DNA from: a virus | Taxonomy: Duplodnaviria; Caudoviricetes | IMG/VR virus record: IMGVR_UViG_3300044639_000670 | Coordinates: 1-24,718 of that record | Strand: one strand, 5' to 3' | Length of the DNA stretch: 24,718 nucleotides | In this document: positions 8,075 to 16,624 of the stretch, piece after piece | Layout of the letters: every line of letters begins with the position of its first letter | Numbering within the stretch: position 1 is the stretch's first letter | Notes under the pieces: model-generated | Seen by the model: the letters and a program-made list of their open reading frames with translations, nothing else | What the model was told of the DNA's origin: nothing | Database searches by the model: none | Translations under genes and position numbers: made by a program

Positions 8075-10111
8075 TTATTCGATGGTTCCGGTGGCGGGGT
8101 TATAGCGGCGCACGCCTCCTTGCGAGGCTGTCTGCGCGGGTGATTTCAAAGCTGCCAACTCGCCTTCGAGTTTCTGGAGTTCGGCGAGACGGGCGTTGTA
8201 GTTGTCGTTGCTGAGAGCACTGCTGCCTTTGCGAGCTTGAGAACTGTAACCATAAGCCCCGCTCACGATGTTTGATTCTTCCTTCCCGCTCTTAAGCATC
8301 CCGGTAAGCTCCTTGATGCGTCCTTCGAGCTTCTGGATGTTGGCGGACTTGCTCTTCTCCGCCTTCGCCTCGTCGCTGCTCTGCCGACGCTTGAACTCGT
8401 CCGATGCCTTCGGTGCGGATTTCTCAACCCCTGTCTGCGGGACAGCGGCTGCTGACGTGGAGACAGTCTGCGTTGCTGCCGGGGCGGGTGCCGCTACTGC
8501 TTGCTCGCCGCCGCCAAAGAGTTGCTGGCCGAGGGAGAGCGCGTTGCCCATCCGACTACCGCCGACTGCGCCTGCCTGCCGGGGGATGGGTTCGGCGGTC
8601 CTGAAGTTGCTCGATGGGTCGGAGAATATGCCGTCCTCGGTTTTCACCGCTGGTGCGCCGCCGAAGTGGTGGGCATCGGCCTTTGCCTTCGCCTCCATCG
8701 GGGTGTGGCCGTCGAGCAGCAGGTTGTTGACCGACTGCGCGTAGGCCGACCGCTGTGGGTTGTAGATGTCATCCACCAGTTGCCCGTCATTTTCAGAGAC
8801 GCCGAACGCCTGCTTGGAAATCTCAGACGCCATTTCAGCGGCTGACTTAGCATCGCTGAATGACTTCGGAGCGAGTCCGTTGCCACCACCATCGCTACCG
8901 CTGCCCACTCCCGCGTTCAAGATCGCGATCCGCGCCTTGTTGTCATTCTCAACTAGCGTGCGGTCCATCGCGCCGCCTTGTCTGAGGGTCTCTTGGTTGA
9001 GGTTGTTGATATTGTTTGCAGCGGTGTTCGCGTTGGCTGGAGCATTCCCTAGCGCGACAAGCGATGAGTCCTGTCCTTGAGGGGTGGTGGCGAACAGTCC
9101 GCTCGCCCGCGAGATCCCGGTGGTGAGATCGTTGGCATCCGAGTTGGATGCGATGGCTGCGTTGATCGCGAGCCGCTGGAGGTCCGCCTCGCTGGCGATG
9201 GGGTTGTTCTGTGCTGCGGGTTGACTGGCTCCACCATACACCTCGTCGGTATAGAGCGCGCTAGCCGCCCCGTGCTCTTGGAGAGCGAGGGCTTTCATGA
9301 ATCGAATCTTGGTGGCCGGGTCGCTGAGGTTGAGATCCGCGTCTGGAGACACACCCATCGTTCGCGCCACGTTGGCAGCAGCCTCAAAATTTCCCCCTGT
9401 CCAACCATTCTCGCCAGCAATGATCTGGTTCGCGGTCTTCATCCCGCTGCCATATTTACGGTCGATCAGGCCGCTCGCGGCGCGCATTCCCGCCACCGGG
9501 TCCGCAAAGACAAGCTGGCGGTATTTGCCGCCCTTGCCATCGCTTGATCCGGCATCGTGATTCGCGGACGCGCCGATGGCTCCGACCCTCTTGGCGTAAT
9601 CCGCACTTGGATAGACGATGTTCAGCGGGTTGTTGTTCCGCATCCCAAGCGGGAGCTTGTTGCGGTCGGCTCCTGGATTGGTGAGATACCCTTGGGCGTT
9701 GTTCCAAATTTGATTTTCCGTCTCCGGCGTGACCACTCCGTCCCCGCCAAGCGTGTAGTTGCCTGCCGGTGACGGGAGTGCAGCAGCCTGCATCCGCCGC
9801 TGCGCGTCGTTGCGACCGTTCCAGTTCTGCGTCTGCGCGCCTGCCAGCGCCGCCTGCGCGTCCGACTGGCGGGCGTTGGCAAAGCCGGATGCAGCACTGC
9901 CATTGGACGCCCTTGTCTGCGCCAGAAACAAGCCTGGGCGATACTGGTTCTCGATCCCTTGCCCCTCGACCTGCGAGGCGAGCAGGGCGTTCTGGTTGCC
10001 CACCAGCGCTGCTTTTGCGCGGGTGGCGGGGTCGTTCATCTGCATGAACATGTCACCGATCCCGGCGATGTTCTGGCTGAGTGCGGCTGCGGTGCGGTAG
10101 TCGATGGCCAT
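8075..10111 (-). CDS. Internal virion/ejection protein with a lysozyme-like (RNNNP-type) domain
   Basis: 'GMRNNNPLNI...FADPVAGMRA...KY...KTANQII...W...VARTMGVSPDADLNL...ALALQEHG' at about 9260-9650; Q/N/A-rich flanks; position directly before the giant protein. Confidence 0.72.
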   Translation of the reverse strand: MAIDYRTAAALSQNIAGIGDMFMQMNDPATRAKAALVGNQNALLASQVEGQGIENQYRPGLFLAQTRASNGSAASGFANARQSDAQAALAGAQTQNWNGRNDAQRRMQAAALPSPAGNYTLGGDGVVTPETENQIWNNAQGYLTNPGADRNKLPLGMRNNNPLNIVYPSADYAKRVGAIGASANHDAGSSDGKGGKYRQLVFADPVAGMRAASGLIDRKYGSGMKTANQIIAGENGWTGGNFEAAANVARTMGVSPDADLNLSDPATKIRFMKALALQEHGAASALYTDEVYGGASQPAAQNNPIASEADLQRLAINAAIASNSDANDLTTGISRASGLFATTPQGQDSSLVALGNAPANANTAANNINNLNQETLRQGGAMDRTLVENDNKARIAILNAGVGSGSDGGGNGLAPKSFSDAKSAAEMASEISKQAFGVSENDGQLVDDIYNPQRSAYAQSVNNLLLDGHTPMEAKAKADAHHFGGAPAVKTEDGIFSDPSSNFRTAEPIPRQAGAVGGSRMGNALSLGQQLFGGGEQAVAAPAPAATQTVSTSAAAVPQTGVEKSAPKASDEFKRRQSSDEAKAEKSKSANIQKLEGRIKELTGMLKSGKEESNIVSGAYGYSSQARKGSSALSNDNYNARLAELQKLEGELAALKSPAQTASQGGVRRYNPATGTIE

Positions 10112-10142
10112 GGTTAAAATGTGGGTAGTTTTTGGGAATCAA

Positions 10143-10967
10143 TCAGCCGTCCCCTTGCCAGTTGCCTTTCAACTCGTTGGAATTGACGGTTCCGTTAGGC
10201 GCGCCGACGTTCTTGAACATCCCTTGGCTCGCGGCCGAGTAGCCGATATTGCCGAGGGTGCTGAGTGCTTGCCCGGCGAGCGCGGTGCCTGCGCCTTTGT
10301 TGAGCACATCCTCCTGCTGGCTGGCGTAGTAGTTCGATGAGGCGTTGGAGAGTAGGTTGTTGGCGGAGAGCGGGCGGTTGAGCGCCTGGTTGCGCGCCCC
10401 GGCGAGTTGGATGGCGTCCGCGCTGTCTTGCAGCCGCTGGTTGCCCGCGATCCGCGCTTGCGCGAGCGCCTGCATCGCGGCCTGCGCTCCCGACTGCTGG
10501 GTGTTGATCCCGCCGGCATGGGCGAGGTTAGCGGCGAGCGCCTGGTCGTAGGCGGATGATCCCGCTGCCTGCGAGTCGCGGCCTTGGCCGCCGTTATCGA
10601 CCTGCACCGCGCCGGTGGTGCGGGTGGCGTCGGCGGCGAGGGGAGCGCTGGCACGGTCGCCCGCTGCGGCGAGTGCCTGCGCGAACGGGTTCTGGTTGGC
10701 CGCGCTGTCTGCCGCGAGCTTGTCGGGCGTGTAGGCGGGGAGAGTGTTATCTTGGAACGCCTTGCGCGACTGGAGCGCGTCCTGCCGCTGCTGCTCTTGC
10801 AGCTTCATCTGGTCCTGCATGATCGACCCCTGCCTTTGCGTCTCCTGCAATCTAGCATTGGCGGCTGCCGACGCCTGCTGGTTCGATGCGCGCATCGAAA
10901 GCGCGGTTCCGCCCGCCGCAGCGGCGGCTGACGCGAGAGCGATGATAGTGGATGCTGCCCATGCCAT
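10143..10967 (-). CDS. Ejection protein, T7 gp14/P22 gp7-like (274 aa; start reassigned to MAWAAS)
   Basis: ATG at 10967 follows the cupin stop (10972-10974). Hydrophobic Ala/Gly N-terminus 'MAWAASTIIALASAAAAAGG', Gln/Ala-rich coiled coil, second hydrophobic patch near the C-terminus. Confidence 0.68.
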   Translation of the reverse strand: MAWAASTIIALASAAAAAGGTALSMRASNQQASAAANARLQETQRQGSIMQDQMKLQEQQRQDALQSRKAFQDNTLPAYTPDKLAADSAANQNPFAQALAAAGDRASAPLAADATRTTGAVQVDNGGQGRDSQAAGSSAYDQALAANLAHAGGINTQQSGAQAAMQALAQARIAGNQRLQDSADAIQLAGARNQALNRPLSANNLLSNASSNYYASQQEDVLNKGAGTALAGQALSTLGNIGYSAASQGMFKNVGAPNGTVNSNELKGNWQGDG

Positions 10968-10971
10968 AATG

Positions 10972-11427
10972 TTATTCCGTGAGTTGTTTGGGAGGGAGTG
11001 AAAGCCGCCACTGCTCGTTGCCAGAGCTTCCAAGCAGCGGGTTGTCGTGCGGCTCCAGGATTGCTTCCGCGATCTTCTCGATGTCGGTCTCCTCGGTCGG
11101 GTGGAGGGTGATCCATATCGTGTCCTCCAACGCGTAGGCCATCCGGCGGGTGCCGGGCTGGGTGATCCCGAAATACGGCGCGGTGTAAGTCACCGGACCT
11201 TCGTTCTCGCTGATGATTTGGATGCTCCCCTTGAGGATGAAAAACGGATGCTCGAACCGATGCGTCATGCTGGTGGCCAGCGTTCCTGCTGGCAGCGTCA
11301 TCTGGCGGATATACATCCCCGGCACGAACCGATGCTCGACCGGGCAATCCGCTTGCTCGTGCATCGACATCGCCAACTCCATCTCATCAATGGTGGCTCC
11401 GAGGATGTTGGTGACAGAGTGGCTCAT
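10972..11427 (-). CDS. Phage cupin-fold protein
   Basis: 'VEHRFVPGMYIRQMTLPAGT....THRFEHPFFILKGSI' and 'PGTRRMAYALEDTIWITLH' match the two cupin motifs, with HxxxH metal ligands. Confidence 0.75.
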   Translation of the reverse strand: MSHSVTNILGATIDEMELAMSMHEQADCPVEHRFVPGMYIRQMTLPAGTLATSMTHRFEHPFFILKGSIQIISENEGPVTYTAPYFGITQPGTRRMAYALEDTIWITLHPTEETDIEKIAEAILEPHDNPLLGSSGNEQWRLSLPPKQLTE

Positions 11428-11429
11428 GG

Positions 11430-12110
11430 CTATTTTTTGACGGAAACGTCGCTGCCCCCGCCGCCGCCGGCTGACGACTGCTTGTTGAACATCGGGCTGA
11501 ACGCGCCGTAGGACTGACCGTTGTAGAGAGAGTTGTTGTAGTCCATCGACGCGTATTTCGCGGCCTGGTTGAGCACCGAGCTGATCGGCTCGAACGCCGG
11601 ACCGGTCTGGAGCGATCCCACCGCGCCGCTGGCGGCCTGCAAGCCCACGTCCGGCGACTCGCTGCCATACATCTGTGCGATGCTGTTCTGCTTGGCCGCC
11701 TGCACCTGTCCGCGCTGCTGGTTCGCGTAGTCGAGCGACTTGGTTTGCGCGTCCCGGAAGATTCCGCCGTAGGTGGTGGCGAGTTCCCCCTGCTGGGTGG
11801 CGTCGGTCGAGGAGTGGAGTTTGCCCTTGTTGGCGAGCGCCGACCGCACACTGGTCTGCGCCTTCAACTGACTCTGCTCGATCTGCGGATTGGCGTAGTC
11901 GAGGTAGTTATCCTGCAACCCCTGATAGTAGGGTTCGTCGAAGCCTGCGAACTGAGAATTGATCTTGCCGAGGCCGTCAGCCATCGCGGCGCGGCGGTCG
12001 GCGGCATCCTGGGCCGCAGCGGCAGACTGGTCCTTCTGCCACTGGAACTGATCCCGTGAAAGTTCTGCCGCCTTCTTGTTGGTTTTTTTGGCGCTGGACG
12101 ATGAACACAT
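11430..12110 (-). CDS. Small virion/ejection protein starting Met-Cys
   Basis: 'MCSSSSAKK' N-terminus, Gln/Ala-rich helical body, Gly-rich tail; lies in the ejection block directly after the GNAT gene. Confidence 0.65.
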   Translation of the reverse strand: MCSSSSAKKTNKKAAELSRDQFQWQKDQSAAAAQDAADRRAAMADGLGKINSQFAGFDEPYYQGLQDNYLDYANPQIEQSQLKAQTSVRSALANKGKLHSSTDATQQGELATTYGGIFRDAQTKSLDYANQQRGQVQAAKQNSIAQMYGSESPDVGLQAASGAVGSLQTGPAFEPISSVLNQAAKYASMDYNNSLYNGQSYGAFSPMFNKQSSAGGGGGSDVSVKK

Positions 12111-12113
12111 GAC

Positions 12114-12614
12114 TTAGAAATCCCTCCCTTTGGACCATCCGAACAGATGGAAGGTTTCGCCACCCCGGCCGTAACCGGGACTCACGCACTCCTCGCTCGC
12201 GCCGAGGTGGCGCAGCCAGCGGTGGGCGGTGTCGTGACCAGACAGACTCCAGCACTGTGCGCGGTGTATGTTTGCATCAGACATGATTTGAAAAATCGCT
12301 TTTTTCGCCCAGCGCGTCAACGCCAAAGCGATTTTCTCCCAACTGTCTGTGGCATACATCCAGACAGACGCGACCCCCGGCCACAGCATCGTGATGCCGA
12401 TGACCGCGATGGGTTCCCCGTCCAGGCTGGCGACCCAGCCGCAGCCGTCGCGGGTGGATGCGTCGTAAGTCTGCTGCACCATCAGTTCGTCGTCGCTGGT
12501 CTCGCTGTCGGGCGGCATCGGGTAGCCGGTGGCGAACACCTCGTCGCGGTCGATCTGCCGCATGTTGCGGACGATGTAGGAGAGCGGCTCGTATTCCACC
12601 GGCCCGAGCACCAT
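12114..12614 (-). CDS. GNAT-fold acyltransferase-like protein, T7 gp13-like (166 aa; start reassigned to MVLGP)
   Basis: 'NMRQIDRDEV', 'DGEPIAVIG', 'GVASVWMYAT', 'HDTAHRWLRHLG', 'GETFHLF'. Same position as T7 gene 13 (after nozzle). ATG at 12614 follows the nozzle stop (12622-12624). Confidence 0.75.
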   Translation of the reverse strand: MVLGPVEYEPLSYIVRNMRQIDRDEVFATGYPMPPDSETSDDELMVQQTYDASTRDGCGWVASLDGEPIAVIGITMLWPGVASVWMYATDSWEKIALALTRWAKKAIFQIMSDANIHRAQCWSLSGHDTAHRWLRHLGASEECVSPGYGRGGETFHLFGWSKGRDF

Positions 12615-12621
12615 GCGCTGC

Positions 12622-14349
12622 TTATTTCGGCGGCTCGGTGAACTCGAAGTGGCAGGCGAAGGACGACATTTTGGCGGCGGAGGCATCGGTGGAGGTGAAT
12701 TTGAATCCTACATGCGTCCCGTAGCCGGCGATTCCGAACGACGGGAGACTGAAATTCTGGCCGATCACATGGCCCGCCAACACGAACTGGTTGCTCACCG
12801 GGTCGGTGCTGTAATCAATCTGCCACGTCCCCTCGCAGCTCGCGTCAATCCCGTGGAACCGCTTGCGGTGGGCCGCCTTGTCCGCGTCCAGCCACGACAA
12901 CTCGACGCTGGCCTCGCTGGTATCGTAGGTTTCCCCGGCATCGCCGCCGTAGAGGTAGATGGTGTTGCCGCTGCGGGCGTAGAGCTTGCTTTCCTGCACC
13001 GCCCACTCGCTGACGGTGAACCCCGCCTCGTAGGTGGTCCACGCCGAGATGTTGGACGCCGGGAAGAACGAATAGACAAAAATCTCGCTGCCGATGGCCA
13101 GCATGTAGCGACCCTCACGCGGCTCGATCACGCCGCAGCACTGGGTCAATTCCGCCTCGCTGCGCGTCTTCATCCGAGTAATGACAAGTGGGTCGATGCT
13201 GGTCCCCACGTCATAGACCACCGCCGAGTTGGAGGCGTCCCGCGCCCGCAGGCTGCGGATGCCGGTGTCAGACAGGAAGAACACATCCAACTCGCCGAAG
13301 TTGATCGCGCTGCGCGGTGCCACCGTCCCGATGTTATCGAGGATCTGGACCGGCACGTTCGATACCGGGTCGCCCGCGACCACCGACCAGATTTGCGTTG
13401 CGCGCCTGGCAAACACGGCGAGAAAGTTCTGGTAGGGGGCCATCGCGACCAACGTGTCGGACTGCCCTGTCTGCGAGGAAAGGTTTTCAAACCCCGCGAA
13501 CGATGTCGGAACGGTGGGTGCTGGCGTCCATTCCGCAGGGTTTTCGGTGTCGGAAAAGTAAAGCAACCCCTGGCCGGTCGCATACATCTTGTTACGGAAG
13601 GTCCGCACCGAACTCCCAGTCACGGCTGATCCGGTGGTCAGGACGTAGGTCACGCCGTTGACGATGATCGCCCATGAGACCTGAGCGGTGTTGCTGGCGG
13701 ATGTCAGGGTGATGGTCGTCACCTGCGCCACACCTACGGCTGGCGCGGTGGTGGCGACGATTGCGACGGTCGGGGTCGAGCCGTCATGGCTGATGACCGA
13801 TGACGAGACGGTGAATGCCACGTTGGTCACATCTGCCGTGATGGTGACGGTGGCCTTGCCGGAGACGGTGCTGTAAGATGCCGAGATCGCCGGGGCCAGC
13901 GTCACCAAGTTGGCGAGCGCCTGCCCGAGCGTGAAGACGGTGCCTGCCATCACGTCCCAATCGGTAACGCGGACCCCGTTGTAAAAGTGGTGGATCGCGC
14001 CGCTGGCGAAACTGGCGACGACGTAAGGGACTCCGGCGAACGTGTCTGTCGAGATCACCGCCGTCATGTCCGATGGGGTGGCGGCCACCAACTGCTGGTA
14101 GGTCACTCCCGCTGGCATGGTCGGCGCAGCGGCTGACCCAAACGTGTAAAGGTTCGTCCGGGTGGCGTGCAGACCGAAGGTGCCTGCTGGCAGTGCGTGC
14201 TTCACGACAAACGCTTTGCGCTTCTCGATCTCGCCGCCGCGGTTGATGTGGACGTTCTTGCCGCTCACCAGGCTGCCCTGTTGGGCGCTGATCTTGGAAC
14301 GGCGGGCGTCGAGTCCCTGCTTGAACGAGTTGACGAAGATGTAGGCCAT
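12622..14349 (-). CDS. Tail nozzle / tail tubular protein B (P22 gp10-like) beta-propeller protein
   Basis: 'F..GLD.R....NV.I...G.IEKR' N-terminus, 'LYFSD..NP..W', 'LAVF', 'IGTVAP.S', 'VFFLSDTGIRSL', 'SAWTTY'; follows the adaptor gene. Confidence 0.78.
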   Translation of the reverse strand: MAYIFVNSFKQGLDARRSKISAQQGSLVSGKNVHINRGGEIEKRKAFVVKHALPAGTFGLHATRTNLYTFGSAAAPTMPAGVTYQQLVAATPSDMTAVISTDTFAGVPYVVASFASGAIHHFYNGVRVTDWDVMAGTVFTLGQALANLVTLAPAISASYSTVSGKATVTITADVTNVAFTVSSSVISHDGSTPTVAIVATTAPAVGVAQVTTITLTSASNTAQVSWAIIVNGVTYVLTTGSAVTGSSVRTFRNKMYATGQGLLYFSDTENPAEWTPAPTVPTSFAGFENLSSQTGQSDTLVAMAPYQNFLAVFARRATQIWSVVAGDPVSNVPVQILDNIGTVAPRSAINFGELDVFFLSDTGIRSLRARDASNSAVVYDVGTSIDPLVITRMKTRSEAELTQCCGVIEPREGRYMLAIGSEIFVYSFFPASNISAWTTYEAGFTVSEWAVQESKLYARSGNTIYLYGGDAGETYDTSEASVELSWLDADKAAHRKRFHGIDASCEGTWQIDYSTDPVSNQFVLAGHVIGQNFSLPSFGIAGYGTHVGFKFTSTDASAAKMSSFACHFEFTEPPK

Positions 14350-14352
14350 GAC

Positions 14353-15042
14353 TCAGCGCGGGGCGCGGATGTGGGTGTGGCCGTTGGTGGTCGGGGTGTT
14401 GCCGCCCATGATGAAGGTCTCGCCCTTCTGGTAGCGGCCGCGCAGCCGGTTGTAATGGCTGGTCGCCATCTGGAGCTTGAGCGGTGCGTCCTGCGCCTTC
14501 GCCCGTGCCAGCAACTCTGCGGCTGCCGTCAGCACCAGCAAGGTGCCGTCGATGTCGCAGGTGTCGGTGCCTGCCACCAGCGGGGAAAGCGTCTTCATCG
14601 CCCGGAAGCGGATCGCGCCGGCACTGGTCGGCACCGGCCAGACCTCGAACTGGTTGCCCTCGTAGTGGCCCCATTTCAAAATCCGGTCCTCGGTCGCGCC
14701 AGCGTCCGAGTCGGTCACGTTGTAATCTTCCGGCGTGATGCCGTAGCGGATCGACCGCCAGTCGGGGGTGCCTGCGTCAGACTCCCGCGCCCAAGCGCCG
14801 AAGATCCGCTCGAAGTCCACGTCCGCGTTGAACGTGTAATACCGCTCGCCAGCCAGCACCTCCTCCTCGCGGAACACGCGCAGGTGGGGCCAGTTGAAGT
14901 CGGCGTAGTAGGTCTCCTGCACCCGCCGCAGCGTTTGCTGAAGACCTGGCAGGGCTTGCGCCCCCATCGAGGCATTGGTCGAGTCGCCGATCTCCGCACG
15001 GAGAGCAGTCACCAGTTGGTCAAGCGTTTGTCCGGCGGGCAT
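14353..15042 (-). CDS. Head-tail adaptor (tail tubular protein A-like)
   Basis: 'TLDQLVTALRAEIGD', 'FNWPHL', 'FEVWPVP', helical C-terminus; position between capsid and nozzle. Confidence 0.75.
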   Translation of the reverse strand: MPAGQTLDQLVTALRAEIGDSTNASMGAQALPGLQQTLRRVQETYYADFNWPHLRVFREEEVLAGERYYTFNADVDFERIFGAWARESDAGTPDWRSIRYGITPEDYNVTDSDAGATEDRILKWGHYEGNQFEVWPVPTSAGAIRFRAMKTLSPLVAGTDTCDIDGTLLVLTAAAELLARAKAQDAPLKLQMATSHYNRLRGRYQKGETFIMGGNTPTTNGHTHIRAPR

Positions 15043-15059
15043 GGTGGCAAAAGGGTGGG

Positions 15060-15446
15060 TCAGTCAATCGAAAGCTCGTCGGCGTCGTCGGACTTCATCG
15101 CCAGCTTGATTCCGGCGCGTTTGGCGGGGGCGGGCTTGGCTTCCTCGGCTTCCGGCTCGTCGGCCACATCGGCGAAGACGGCAGACAGACGGGTCGGCAG
15201 GTTGATGTTGAATCCCCGCTGGCCGAGAATCGCGCTTGTCGCCTCGGGGCCGTAAATGTTGGCAATCCGGTCATACTCCTCGGCGTGCTTGACGGCTTTC
15301 TCGCTGGTGCTGTCAGGCATACGGAGCACGCCGTCAACGCCGTGGATGCCGATGAGCACGCCGATTTCCGGCACGGACACGTTTTCGCGGAGGACGGTGT
15401 TGGTGAGATCGCCGCCTCGGGCGACCAGAACGGAGCAATGTTGCAT
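15060..15446 (-). CDS. Hypothetical phage protein downstream of the capsid gene
   Basis: Fills the gap co-directionally with a C/A-rich leader; globular N-terminus and low-complexity charged C-terminus. Confidence 0.75.
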   Translation of the reverse strand: MQHCSVLVARGGDLTNTVLRENVSVPEIGVLIGIHGVDGVLRMPDSTSEKAVKHAEEYDRIANIYGPEATSAILGQRGFNINLPTRLSAVFADVADEPEAEEAKPAPAKRAGIKLAMKSDDADELSID

Positions 15447-15467
15447 GGTGGTGGTTTGGTTTGGTTA

Positions 15468-15513
15468 GGAAGAAAGTGAGAAGGGGAGGGACCGTTTGAC
15501 CAGCCCCTCCCCC
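15468..15513 (-). terminator. Probable intrinsic terminator/attenuator after the major capsid gene
   Basis: Minus strand GGGGAGGG-GCTG-GTCAAA-CGGT-CCCTCCCC (8 Watson-Crick pairs plus 4 pairs including G-U), followed by TTCTCACTTTCTT, about 12 nt after the capsid stop. Confidence 0.7.
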
Positions 15514-15524
15514 GTGAATCGCGC

Positions 15525-16604
15525 TTAGGCGATGGCGTGAACCCCGCAGGAGTTCAGACGCTTGGCGACGGTGCCGCCGGTCCAGGTCATCGAGCGGTAG
15601 AGGGCGTATTTGTCCTCGGGCCGCGCCGGTGCGTGGATCTTGTTGTCCTCGCCTTCCATGACATAGAGGCAGAGAGCATCCGTGTCGATGAAATAGCAAC
15701 GCTTCGAGTAGTCGATTGCGCCGCCGACGATGGTCTGCAAATCGTCCATCGTCGGGTCATAGACGAAGGTGCCGATCCCGTTGATCGTCACCGATGGGCT
15801 GGCGATGTTGCGGGTGCCGGCCACTCCGGTGTTGGAATACTGCGACTTGGCGGCGACCTCCGCTTCGAGGGCATCGAGGAACTTCGATCCGCAAAGGATG
15901 AGGTTCGGCTTGCCACCGTAGCGGGACAACTGGCGCACTTCCTTGCGGAGAGCGGTGGTGAGGGCGTCCGATCCGGCGGTCGTAGTGACCAACGGGCGGC
16001 TTCTCCACCAGGTGCTCGTCGCACGGTTGATGCCGCCGACAGTGCCGGTGGCCACCGTGTCGGTGATGTAGGCGAGAATGCCCGCAGGGACTTTGGCGTC
16101 CTGCGTGCCGTCGCGCCACAGCATCTCGTTCATCTCACGCGACCAACCTTCGCTCATCGACTGGAGCTTGTGATCCAGTAGGGAGGTGAGGGCGGTCAGC
16201 TCGCGGCCGGCAACCTGGGAGGTCTTCTCGCCGAACGCGCTGTCGTTGATGGTGATGCCGTCAGCCTTCAGCTCCGAGAACGACACGGTGATGCCCGCGT
16301 GGATTTCAAAGTAGCCGTAAGCGGCGCGCTTGAGGTAGGACGGGTTCTGGAACGTCACCGAGTCGGTGCCGTTGAAGCCCTTGAAGAAGTTCGAGTCGGC
16401 GTTGATATACTCGCCGACGACTGGAACACTGATTTTTTCCTTGCCACCGGCGAAGGTCTTTTGCTTGCCGCGCAAAGCGGAAAGCAAAGGCTTGTCTTGG
16501 ATGGTTTGGTCGAAGGCATCACCCTTGACGTAGTAGTCGAGGGCGGCCGAGGCGATGGTTTCGAGTTGCGCGGCAGTGAGGCCGCTGACGTTGCTGAATG
16601 CCAT
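15525..16604 (-). CDS. Major capsid protein (presumed HK97 fold)
   Basis: 359 aa, follows the scaffold and precedes a terminator; 'DQTIQDKPLL', 'LWRDGT....PAGI', 'VGGINRA...WWR', 'GGKPNLILCG', 'FVYDP' are typical of a podoviral capsid family. Confidence 0.88.
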   Translation of the reverse strand: MAFSNVSGLTAAQLETIASAALDYYVKGDAFDQTIQDKPLLSALRGKQKTFAGGKEKISVPVVGEYINADSNFFKGFNGTDSVTFQNPSYLKRAAYGYFEIHAGITVSFSELKADGITINDSAFGEKTSQVAGRELTALTSLLDHKLQSMSEGWSREMNEMLWRDGTQDAKVPAGILAYITDTVATGTVGGINRATSTWWRSRPLVTTTAGSDALTTALRKEVRQLSRYGGKPNLILCGSKFLDALEAEVAAKSQYSNTGVAGTRNIASPSVTINGIGTFVYDPTMDDLQTIVGGAIDYSKRCYFIDTDALCLYVMEGEDNKIHAPARPEDKYALYRSMTWTGGTVAKRLNSCGVHAIA

Positions 16605-16624
16605 AATTTTAGGATGTTAGAGAG

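Noticed and set aside
10968-11033. ORF-track N-terminal extensions (starts at 11033, 12686, 17692)
   Set aside because: They overlap upstream genes or the promoter; downstream ATGs at 10967, 12614 and 17650 fit operon spacing and protein character better.
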